A DNA stretch of 48,978 nt. Origin: Alphaproteobacteria bacterium. Lineage in GTDB: Bacteria > Pseudomonadota > Alphaproteobacteria > Rhodobacterales > Rhodobacteraceae. Every line of letters begins with the position of its first letter. The stretch's first letter is position 1. The position numbers and the translations under genes are program-made. Under the pieces are notes generated by a model that saw nothing but the letters and a program-made list of their open reading frames with translations, had not been told where the DNA came from and made no database searches. Where the stretch lies: NCBI GenBank assembly GCA_037127855.1, contig JBAXXO010000001.1:1-48978 (forward strand), given 5' to 3'. Shown here one piece after another: positions 18,222 through 26,077 of the stretch.

Positions 18222-19300
18222 CGGTTGCTCTCCTGGCCGAAAACGATGGCCTGATCCGGTGTCCAGGTCAGAATGTAGTCCTGCCGTGCCTCAAACGTTT
18301 CGGGTGCGCCAAGGCTCAGATGGTGTTCCACCTCGACAACTTTGCCGTCCGGGGTCTCAAAAAAGTTCATCACCGACGAACCAAGGTATTCGCTGGCGAT
18401 AAAGGACGCCTGCAAAGCCGGGCCGTTGGTCACCGAGCCAAGCGGCCGCGCGCGCACCCGGTCATATCGGATCGCGTAGACATCCTCCAAAGCCCTCGTG
18501 GTTTTCGGGGCCGGCACAGTGCCGAAGGGGCCTGTGAAAAGGCCTTGCGACAACTTGCCCGAGAACAGATTGAACCGGTTCAGGAAATGCGCGACGGCCG
18601 GGCTGGCTGGATTTGAATAGACATCGTCCGGTTTGCCCGCCTGAATTATCCGGCCCCGGTCCAGCACAACCACGCTGTCACCCATTGCCAAGGCCTCTGT
18701 TTCGGACCCGGTCACATGCAGAAAGGTCACGCCCATCCGTTCACGAATGGCCCGCAATTCGTTGCGCATCCTGCCGCGCAGGTTGGCATCCAAGGCACCC
18801 AAAGGTTCATCCAGCAAAACCAGCTTTGGCTGCATAATCAGGGTCCGCGCCAAAGCCACGCGCTGCCGTTGCCCGCCCGAGATCTGATCAACGCCACGAT
18901 CCTCCATCCCGGACAGACCGACCATGTCGATCACCGCTTGGGTGCGCGTGTCGGTCTCGGCGGCGGACACCGTAGTCCTGCCATGCATCAGACCGAACGC
19001 CACGTTCTTGCGAACCGTAAGATGCGGGAAAAGCGCAAAGCTTTGGAACACAAAGCCAATGCCCCGCTCGTGGGCAGGGACGTCGGTAATGTCGCGGCCT
19101 TGGAAATAGACGCGCCCTGCATCCGGCACCTCGAACCCGGCGATCACGCGCAGTAGGGTCGTCTTGCCGGACCCAGAGGGCCCCAGCAGCGACATGTATT
19201 CGTTCACCCCTGCCTCCAGCGTAACGCCATCGAGGGCTTTCACCCCCCCGTAGCTTTTGGTCACGCCGTCGATCCGAAAGATTGCCGCGTCCGTTATCAT
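18218..19300 (-). CDS. ABC transporter ATP-binding protein with degenerate H-loop
   Basis: GPSGSGKTT, ISGGQRQR, LLDEP; switch region reads VTGSETE instead of VTHDQ. Start taken at ATG 19300. Confidence 0.9.
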   Translation of the reverse strand: MITDAAIFRIDGVTKSYGGVKALDGVTLEAGVNEYMSLLGPSGSGKTTLLRVIAGFEVPDAGRVYFQGRDITDVPAHERGIGFVFQSFALFPHLTVRKNVAFGLMHGRTTVSAAETDTRTQAVIDMVGLSGMEDRGVDQISGGQRQRVALARTLIMQPKLVLLDEPLGALDANLRGRMRNELRAIRERMGVTFLHVTGSETEALAMGDSVVVLDRGRIIQAGKPDDVYSNPASPAVAHFLNRFNLFSGKLSQGLFTGPFGTVPAPKTTRALEDVYAIRYDRVRARPLGSVTNGPALQASFIASEYLGSSVMNFFETPDGKVVEVEHHLSLGAPETFEARQDYILTWTPDQAIVFGQESNR

Positions 19301-19409
19301 TCGCCCCGATCTCGGGACCGCACAAATCGCGCGGCCCGTCCCCTTGTTCTTGCCGTTCGGTGATGCGCCGAACGTCGTATCCGCCGCGCCGATCTTTGTG
19401 CAAACTGCA

Positions 19410-19472
19410 CTTCGTATAACATAGCGGTCTTGGACATCTGTCAATCGAACTTTTGTTATCTCTTTGTTATCT
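19410..19472 (-). promoter_or_regulatory. Putative promoter/operator of the ABC-SDR-amidase operon
   Basis: TTGACA at 19444-19439 (minus strand) with an AT-rich TATGTTATAC downstream; direct repeat TTTGTTATCT at 19452 and 19463. Confidence 0.45.
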
Positions 19473-19576
19473 TGCTGTGCCCGCTTTGCGCAATATTAGA
19501 CGCGTTCGGGCAGAAAATACGCTTGACGCAAAGTTAGTGGCGATTCAATAATTGAATAAAGAACGTGATATTCATT

Positions 19577-20563
19577 TTATTGAGGGCTAAGATAGGGGGC
19601 GAAACCCACAGCTTCGCTGATGACCGCCACAATCTTCATTCGGGCGAGATTCTTCGCAGCCATGATGTGTAGATGATCTCGCAAGTATTCAGCCGCAGAA
19701 TCAATCGGATGCCGCGCGATCAGATCAAAAAGTGTTCGGTATTGGTCCAGGGCGATCTCGTCCTTGGGCAGGCCAAGGCCGGTCAGGGCCCGGTTGACCG
19801 ACGTAAGCAGCATCTGGTTGTTCTGGATCATGCCGACCAACGCTGTGTTCGGTGCCTGCGCGATGCAATGCTCCATCAAGGCATCCTCAAGGTCCTCGGG
19901 CTTCAAGTTCGGGTCTGCGCCGATTCGGTCACGGATTTCTTCGATGCGACTGTAGTGCATAAAGGGGGCGGCTAAACGCAGCGCGGCAGGTTCGACGATG
20001 GCGCGCAACTCAAACTTCTCGCGCAGGTTGCGGGCGGTCAAGGGCCCCGCGATCCAATGCGAACTGCCATCTTTTCGGATCAGACCACGTTCGTGCAGCC
20101 GCGAGAGCACATCACGCACAACGGTGCGGCTGACGCCGAGATAATCGGCAAGCTCCGTTTCCACGATCCGGAATTCGCCAAAGACCTGGCAAGAGGCGAC
20201 CTGCTCTTCGACTTCGTCATAGAAGTGCTTCCAGGTGCCACGCGTTTGCAGGGCGGCGTCGACCTGCTGCGGGATATTCAGGTCAAATTCGCGGATGTCG
20301 CGGCGCAATGGGGCCACGTCTTTGCCAGCAAAGCGGACAAGATAGCCCCGCCCGTCAAACCGATGCACCAGACCTTCTGCCGAAAGTATGCGCAAGGCGG
20401 CTTGTACCGGTATTCGGCTGGTCTGCATCAGGGCAGCAATCGGCCCTTCCAGCAGCACCAAACCTTCGGGAAGCGCACCGCTGAGAATGTTGTTGCGCAA
20501 CACCTGCGTGATCAGTTCATACCGGGGTTCATGCGCCAGAGGATTGTTCTGCCGTGCCATCAT
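19577..20563 (-). CDS. GntR-family regulator with two wHTH domains and an FCD-like domain
   Basis: HTH1 YELITQVLRNNILSG..SRIPVQAAL..EGLV; HTH2 ETELADYLGVSRTVVRDVL..GLI; FELRAIVEP. Confidence 0.88.
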   Translation of the reverse strand: MMARQNNPLAHEPRYELITQVLRNNILSGALPEGLVLLEGPIAALMQTSRIPVQAALRILSAEGLVHRFDGRGYLVRFAGKDVAPLRRDIREFDLNIPQQVDAALQTRGTWKHFYDEVEEQVASCQVFGEFRIVETELADYLGVSRTVVRDVLSRLHERGLIRKDGSSHWIAGPLTARNLREKFELRAIVEPAALRLAAPFMHYSRIEEIRDRIGADPNLKPEDLEDALMEHCIAQAPNTALVGMIQNNQMLLTSVNRALTGLGLPKDEIALDQYRTLFDLIARHPIDSAAEYLRDHLHIMAAKNLARMKIVAVISEAVGFAPYLSPQ

Positions 20564-21846
20564 TTCTGCACATCATTCACCCGTCGGACGAAACGATCCC
20601 AAGCGCGCGCCGCATAGTTGTATTCCTCCATCACAGTGTTCCAGACGGCGATGCGGTTGGCCCGGTCCAGGTAGGTGCCACCGGCACGCCGTGCACCCGC
20701 CTTGACAACGACCGTCCCCGACGGACCCAGCAGGTCCCGAGCCGCCGCTGCGCCTTGGTACCAATAGGCCCATTCTTCGGGTGCAAGTGCCGTTTTGGTG
20801 CGCTCTGGTGCAGACATATAATAGCCCTGCCGCGCCATGACGGCCCCCGCATAGCCATCCAGCCACCAGTTCAGGTATTCGTATCCCATGTCCAGTTGCA
20901 CGCCTGTCAGATGACGCGACAGGCTGGCCCCGCCATGCCAGGCGCGATATCCTTCGATCGGAGCAGATTCGACAAAAGTCTCGGCCATCTTGCCCATGTG
21001 ACCATAGACCGGCGACCACATGCTTTGCACCGACACACGGTCCTCATGCACCAGCGCGGCCGCCTCTGACGCGTTGCGCCAGGTGGCGCAGAAATAACCC
21101 TGCCGCCGCCGATCCTCTAGCAGCGCCATCAACGCGTCGATTTCGGCGATGGTCAAGTTGCTGATATCGCAGAACTGCAGTTCGCCGGAAGCCTCGGCCG
21201 CCAGAGCGGCATCAAACATGCCAATGGCAGGTTCATCGACCAGCGCGATGCGGCCTTTGGCGCGGCGGTCCAGCAACCAAGACCAACTGGAAGCCCGAAC
21301 ATCTCCACCCGCGAAAACCCTTGTGTCGAAGCCGAAACTGTCCAAGTTATGGACGGTCGGCAGCATCGAGATGTAACGCCCCTGCTTGGGCCCCAAAAAA
21401 CCGCCCGGTTGTACATAAAGCTTGCGAACCGGTGCGTCGCCATGGCCACGCCAGGCATATTTGCTGATGCCGCCTGCCTTGGAAAGGTCAGTGATCTTGT
21501 CCCAATCCGCGATACGGTGGGTATCTATCGGTTGCAAGGCACCCCAGAACCAGACGATGTCCAGATTGTGAAAACACTGCTCGTAGATATCGTAGCCTTC
21601 CGGCTCCATCGCCGAAAGCCGTTGACAGGCGATAAAGTCCAGCAGTTCATACTTCACATCAAAGCCCAGATCGGATTGTGCCCGTTCGCGGACTTCTTTC
21701 AGCAAGGTGATTGAGGTGCCGCGCACCCGCAGTTGATGCCGCTCCACATGGGGCGGGGCGGCCAGGGTCCCGGTCGTGCTAGGTTGGTCGAGCAGTTCCA
21801 AGATATTCCTTTTCGTCCCGCCGGTTCCGATTGAACTTGGCGACAC
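20560..21846 (-). CDS. Substrate-binding-protein paralog lacking an export signal
   Basis: Shares PTV.N.DS.G, GYRAW, W..G......QGYY, WY.G and R.GG motifs with 13756..14976; no hydrophobic N-terminal segment. Confidence 0.8.
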   Translation of the reverse strand: MSPSSIGTGGTKRNILELLDQPSTTGTLAAPPHVERHQLRVRGTSITLLKEVRERAQSDLGFDVKYELLDFIACQRLSAMEPEGYDIYEQCFHNLDIVWFWGALQPIDTHRIADWDKITDLSKAGGISKYAWRGHGDAPVRKLYVQPGGFLGPKQGRYISMLPTVHNLDSFGFDTRVFAGGDVRASSWSWLLDRRAKGRIALVDEPAIGMFDAALAAEASGELQFCDISNLTIAEIDALMALLEDRRRQGYFCATWRNASEAAALVHEDRVSVQSMWSPVYGHMGKMAETFVESAPIEGYRAWHGGASLSRHLTGVQLDMGYEYLNWWLDGYAGAVMARQGYYMSAPERTKTALAPEEWAYWYQGAAAARDLLGPSGTVVVKAGARRAGGTYLDRANRIAVWNTVMEEYNYAARAWDRFVRRVNDVQK

Positions 21847-21867
21847 CTTGGGGTCGCCAAATCACGA

Positions 21868-22839
21868 TCATGCAAGCGATGCGGCGATAGTATCCAGGGT
21901 TTTGCGTCGGTCTGCCCGAGCCTGAAGCGCCTGCTCCATCGTCACCTTCACGAAGCGCGTCGGCGTGTGCGGCTGCAACTGTCCGATCAGGTCCATATCC
22001 GCCGAAACCACGGTGCCGATCATCATGTAGCCGCCACCCGAAACCGCATCGCGGTGCAGCACGATTGGTTCCGTGCCGGATGGCACCTGAACCGAGCCGT
22101 AAGGATAGCAGGCATCCACGATGTTCGACGGATCAGACCCTGCGCCAAATGGCGGGGTCCGTGGCACGAAATCCAAGGGCCGTCCGGCCTTGAAGCGATA
22201 GCCGATGCGGTCGGCTTCGGGTGCAACCTTCCAGGTATCCTCAAAGAACGTTTTGCCGGCCTGTTCGGTGATCCTGTGCCAATACAGCCCCGGCAACATG
22301 CGCAATTCCGCGGGCACGCCTGGGGCACGTCGCAACGCCTCGGATACCGAGCGCCCAGCGGCAGCCAATGCGGCCGGCCCCACGGCAAGCACGTCGCCTG
22401 CCGCAAGTTTGCGCCCCTCGAACCCGCCCAAAGCCCCTAGGGTATAGGTCGAGCGTGACCCCAGTACCACCGGCACGTCCAGTCCGCCCGACACCGCGAT
22501 ATAGCCGCGCGCGCCCTTCTTCAGGAAGCCAAAGGACAGGATCTGCCCCTTCTTCACGGTAAAGGCTGTCCAACCTGCTTGCTCCACGCCGTCAACCTTG
22601 GGCGGCAGATCAGCGCCGGTTACGGCAACGGTAGCATCCTGAGTGAACTCCAACTCCGGCCCCAGAAAGACCGCTTCCAGCACCGCCGCACCCGCCTCAT
22701 TGCCCACAAGCAGATTTGCAGCGGCCAGCGACAGGGTGTCCATCCCACCCGAGGTCGGGATGCCGATATGATAATAACCCGGACGACCAAGGTCTTGCAC
22801 TGTGGTGGACAGGCCCGGTTTGATGACTTTAATGGCCAT
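21868..22839 (-). CDS. pxpC: PxpC/allophanate-hydrolase-subunit-2-like carboxyltransferase domain protein
   Basis: PGLSTTVQDLGRPG, SGGMD, ANLLVGN, LGSRSTY, DRIGYR, GSVQVP, GGY. Confidence 0.85.
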   Translation of the reverse strand: MAIKVIKPGLSTTVQDLGRPGYYHIGIPTSGGMDTLSLAAANLLVGNEAGAAVLEAVFLGPELEFTQDATVAVTGADLPPKVDGVEQAGWTAFTVKKGQILSFGFLKKGARGYIAVSGGLDVPVVLGSRSTYTLGALGGFEGRKLAAGDVLAVGPAALAAAGRSVSEALRRAPGVPAELRMLPGLYWHRITEQAGKTFFEDTWKVAPEADRIGYRFKAGRPLDFVPRTPPFGAGSDPSNIVDACYPYGSVQVPSGTEPIVLHRDAVSGGGYMMIGTVVSADMDLIGQLQPHTPTRFVKVTMEQALQARADRRKTLDTIAASLA

Positions 22840-23704
22840 GGAGAGCCTCCATCACGCGGGCGTTGGTGCCGTCGATGTCGCGCCGAAACTCCTCCAGCGA
22901 GAAGGTCACCGGAGCGATGCGGGGCTGCCAGCGCCCTGCGTCCACTTCGGCCACCGTGTGATCATATTCCGCGCGGCCAATCGGCTTCCATTTCACGATG
23001 TCACCCGGTTTGAACAGGCACATGAAGTCGCTCAGGTAACTGGTCTTCTGGTTCGGGTCATAGATCGGCATCGGCGTGATGCCGAACATCTGATAGCCAC
23101 CCGCACCGCGCACCGAATAGATACAGGCAAAGCAACCCCCGTGGCCAACGGTCAGACGCGGGGTGTCGGTACGTGGGCGCAGGTATTTTGGTGACTGTAT
23201 CTGCCGATCACGGTCCACCATCTGATACAGGAATGGCAGTCCCGCCACGAAGCCCACCATGGACACGAACCACGGCGCGCCAGAGTGCGCCTTGATAAAG
23301 CCGTCGATGCCGTCCAGATGATTGATCCGGGCCGTGTATTCGATATCGGTCGAGGCCGGGTCCTGATGCCTTTCCCGAAAGCGCTGCCCTGTCTCATGCG
23401 TCCATGGATCATTGTAATAGACCGGGACTTCGATGATCCGCGTATTCAGCGTCGAAGGCGCCGACTGGGCCACCGCCTCCATCGCTTCAAGCTGACGCAT
23501 CATCTCATCGGGCGCGATCAAATCGGGGTCAAACCGCACCTGAAACGACGCATTGGCCGGGCAAATCTCGGTCACGCCCTTGATCTTAGCGTCACGCAGG
23601 GCGTTGGTGATCGACAGGCCCTTGAAGAAGGCGTCCAGCGACATTTCCTCGCTGCACTCCACAAAGATATGTTCGTCACCGCCAAAGGAATATCGGGTTG
23701 TCAT
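22829..23704 (-). CDS. pxpB: PxpB/allophanate-hydrolase-subunit-1-like carboxyltransferase domain protein
   Basis: FGGDE, EVPVYY, MVGFVAGLPFL, PRTDTP..TVGHGG, GAGGYQMFGITP. Confidence 0.85.
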   Translation of the reverse strand: MTTRYSFGGDEHIFVECSEEMSLDAFFKGLSITNALRDAKIKGVTEICPANASFQVRFDPDLIAPDEMMRQLEAMEAVAQSAPSTLNTRIIEVPVYYNDPWTHETGQRFRERHQDPASTDIEYTARINHLDGIDGFIKAHSGAPWFVSMVGFVAGLPFLYQMVDRDRQIQSPKYLRPRTDTPRLTVGHGGCFACIYSVRGAGGYQMFGITPMPIYDPNQKTSYLSDFMCLFKPGDIVKWKPIGRAEYDHTVAEVDAGRWQPRIAPVTFSLEEFRRDIDGTNARVMEALHGH

Positions 23705-25083
23705 AGGGCTTTGCTCTCCTCACCCAGCATATGTGCGTTCTGTTCCAGCCATGGTTCCAACCAGCGTGTGTCAAATTGCCCGGCCTGCACGCCAGCATCC
23801 CGCGCCAGCGCCTGATGCAGCGGCTTGGTCGTGGGCAAACCACCCACCTCAAGCTCTGCAAGTGCGCGGGCCATACGCGTCAGGGCCATTGCACGGGTCT
23901 CATCCCAGACAATCAGCTTGCCGAGAAGCGAGTCATAGAACGGCGGAACAGTGTAGCCTTGATAAAGCAACGTGTCAAAGCGCACCCCCGGCCCACCGGG
24001 AACCTTCAGGTGGGTAATCGTACCCGGACCGGGTTTGAAGCCCTGCGCCGGGTCTTCCGCACAAATGCGTGCTTCAATCGCATGGCCGGTCAGGTGTACT
24101 TGGTCTTGAGTGTACCTTAACGGCTCACCGCCCGCGATGCGCAGCATTTCGCGCACAAGGTCGATGCCTGTGATCATTTCGGTGATGGGGTGTTCGACCT
24201 GAATCCGCGTGTTCATCTCGATGAAGTAGAAATGGCTGGACGCGTCATCATACAGATATTCCAGCGTGCCGGCACCACGATAGTTGACGGCTTTGGCCAA
24301 GGCGACTGCCGAAGCACACAGTTTTTCGCGCATGGCCTGCGGCAAGGCGGCCGAGGGCGCCTCTTCCCACACTTTCTGGCGACGGCGCTGCAAGGAGCAT
24401 TCGCGTTCAAAAAGGTGGATGACGTTGGTGCCATCGCCCAAAATCTGCACTTCGATGTGGCGGGCACGTTCGATGACCTTTTCCACATACAAGCCACCGT
24501 CGCCAAAGGCGGCCTTCGCCTCGGCACTGGCCTGCGGCAAGAGGCGGTCAAACTCTTCCATGTCATGGGCAATGCGGATGCCCCGGCCACCGCCACCGGC
24601 AGCCGCCTTGATCATCACAGGAAAACCGATTGCCAAAGCGATGCTGCGGGCCTGAACGGGATCGTCAATCCGCCCGTCCGAGCCTGGAACCACCGGCACA
24701 CCGGCCGATTCCGCCGCGACCCGAGCAGCCACCTTGTCGCCCATCACCCGGATCGCATCGCCCTTTGGGCCGACCCAGATCAGTCCTGCGGCTTCAACCG
24801 CATCGGCAAAGTCAGCGTTCTCCGCCAGGAACCCGTAGCCCGGATGCACCGCATCCGCGCCGGTGTCTGCGGCTGCTTTCAGGATGCTGGCGATATTGAG
24901 ATAGCTTTTCGACGCCATCGGTGGCCCGATATTGATCGCCTCATCCGCCATTTTCACGGCCAATGATTCGGCATCCGCCGCCGAATGAACCTGCAAGGTC
25001 GCAATACCCAGTTCCTTTGCCGCGCGGATGATCCGTACGGCAATCTCGCCCCGGTTTGCGATCAGAAGTCTCTTGATGGCCAT
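23701..25083 (-). CDS. Biotin carboxylase (AccC-like, ATP-grasp)
   Basis: LLIANRGEIA, HPGYGFLAEN, KAAAGGGGRGI, RECSLQRR.QK, EMNTRIQVEHP, YDSLLGK. Confidence 0.95.
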   Translation of the reverse strand: MAIKRLLIANRGEIAVRIIRAAKELGIATLQVHSAADAESLAVKMADEAINIGPPMASKSYLNIASILKAAADTGADAVHPGYGFLAENADFADAVEAAGLIWVGPKGDAIRVMGDKVAARVAAESAGVPVVPGSDGRIDDPVQARSIALAIGFPVMIKAAAGGGGRGIRIAHDMEEFDRLLPQASAEAKAAFGDGGLYVEKVIERARHIEVQILGDGTNVIHLFERECSLQRRRQKVWEEAPSAALPQAMREKLCASAVALAKAVNYRGAGTLEYLYDDASSHFYFIEMNTRIQVEHPITEMITGIDLVREMLRIAGGEPLRYTQDQVHLTGHAIEARICAEDPAQGFKPGPGTITHLKVPGGPGVRFDTLLYQGYTVPPFYDSLLGKLIVWDETRAMALTRMARALAELEVGGLPTTKPLHQALARDAGVQAGQFDTRWLEPWLEQNAHMLGEESKAL

Positions 25084-25085
25084 CG

Positions 25086-25322
25086 TCAGTCCAGTTCGAT
25101 CAACGGTTGGCCCGCCATGACCGGCTCTTCATCTTCCGCGATGAAGCCCACCAACGTGCCGGCTTGATCGGCCATCACTTCGTTGAAGGACTTCATCACT
25201 TCGATCAGCCCGATCACGTCACCCACGGCGACCGCGTCACCAACCGCCTTGAAGGCCGGCTGATCAGGCGACGGCTTGCTATAGAACGTGCCGGGCAGGG
25301 GAGAGAGGATTTGTTTGCTCAT
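25086..25322 (-). CDS. Stand-alone biotin carboxyl carrier protein (78 aa)
   Basis: SPLPGTFY, IEVMKS biotinylation motif, GQPL. Confidence 0.9.
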   Translation of the reverse strand: MSKQILSPLPGTFYSKPSPDQPAFKAVGDAVAVGDVIGLIEVMKSFNEVMADQAGTLVGFIAEDEEPVMAGQPLIELD

Positions 25323-25335
25323 GGTGGGGGCCTTT

Positions 25336-26064
25336 TCAGCGCGTTGCGTTAACGGGAGAGATGGCGTCACGAACCGCTTGGGCAAGCGCGACGGCATTGG
25401 GCGTGTCTGAATGCACGCAGATCGTATCGGCGCGCACGGTCACGTCAACACCGCCGACGCTGGTGACCCGCCCCTCTTGCATCGCGCGAACGCAAGCGGC
25501 AGCAGCCTTGGCCGCATCCTTGGCCAAATGTTCGCGGGTGATGATCAAGCCGCCAGCGTCGTTATAGTCCAGGTCGGCGTAGAATTCCGAGACGAACACA
25601 TGGCCGCGCGCCTGATAGATCGTCTCATGCAATGTGCCGATCATGCCGAACAGGGGCACCTTGAAGATATCAGCGGCATCACAGACGGCGTGGGCAATGT
25701 CTTCCATCCGCGCGGCCATCCCGTACAGCGACCCGTGCGGCTTGATATGGTTCAACTCCATCCCCTCGGCCTGAAGGAAGCCTTTCAGGGCGCCGATCTG
25801 GTAAATGATGCAATTGGTCATTTCTTCGCGCCCGATCTTCATCTCGCGGCGGCCGAAGCCTTGCAAATCGGGCAGCGACGGATGTGCACCAACCTTGACG
25901 CCATGGCTTTTGGCAAGTCGCACGGTGGACCGCATGTGGTTGTAGTCCGAGGCGTGAAAGCCGCAGGCGACGTTGGCCACATCGATCAGCGGCATCAGTC
26001 CGGCATCATCCCCGATGTGATAAAGGCCAAAGCTTTCGCCCATGTCGCAGTTCAGCAAGGTCAT
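25336..26064 (-). CDS. pxpA: LamB/YcsF family protein (5-oxoprolinase subunit A-like)
   Basis: NCDMGESFG, ANVACGFHA, GAHPS.PD..GFGRR, HIKPHG.LY, ICVHSD. Confidence 0.9.
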   Translation of the reverse strand: MTLLNCDMGESFGLYHIGDDAGLMPLIDVANVACGFHASDYNHMRSTVRLAKSHGVKVGAHPSLPDLQGFGRREMKIGREEMTNCIIYQIGALKGFLQAEGMELNHIKPHGSLYGMAARMEDIAHAVCDAADIFKVPLFGMIGTLHETIYQARGHVFVSEFYADLDYNDAGGLIITREHLAKDAAKAAAACVRAMQEGRVTSVGGVDVTVRADTICVHSDTPNAVALAQAVRDAISPVNATR

Positions 26065-26077
26065 TCGAGTGTTCCCT

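Noticed and set aside
23701-25322. Calling these housekeeping accC/accB
   Set aside because: The BCCP is a minimal 78-aa domain embedded among pxpA/B/C-like genes, not in a fatty-acid synthesis context.
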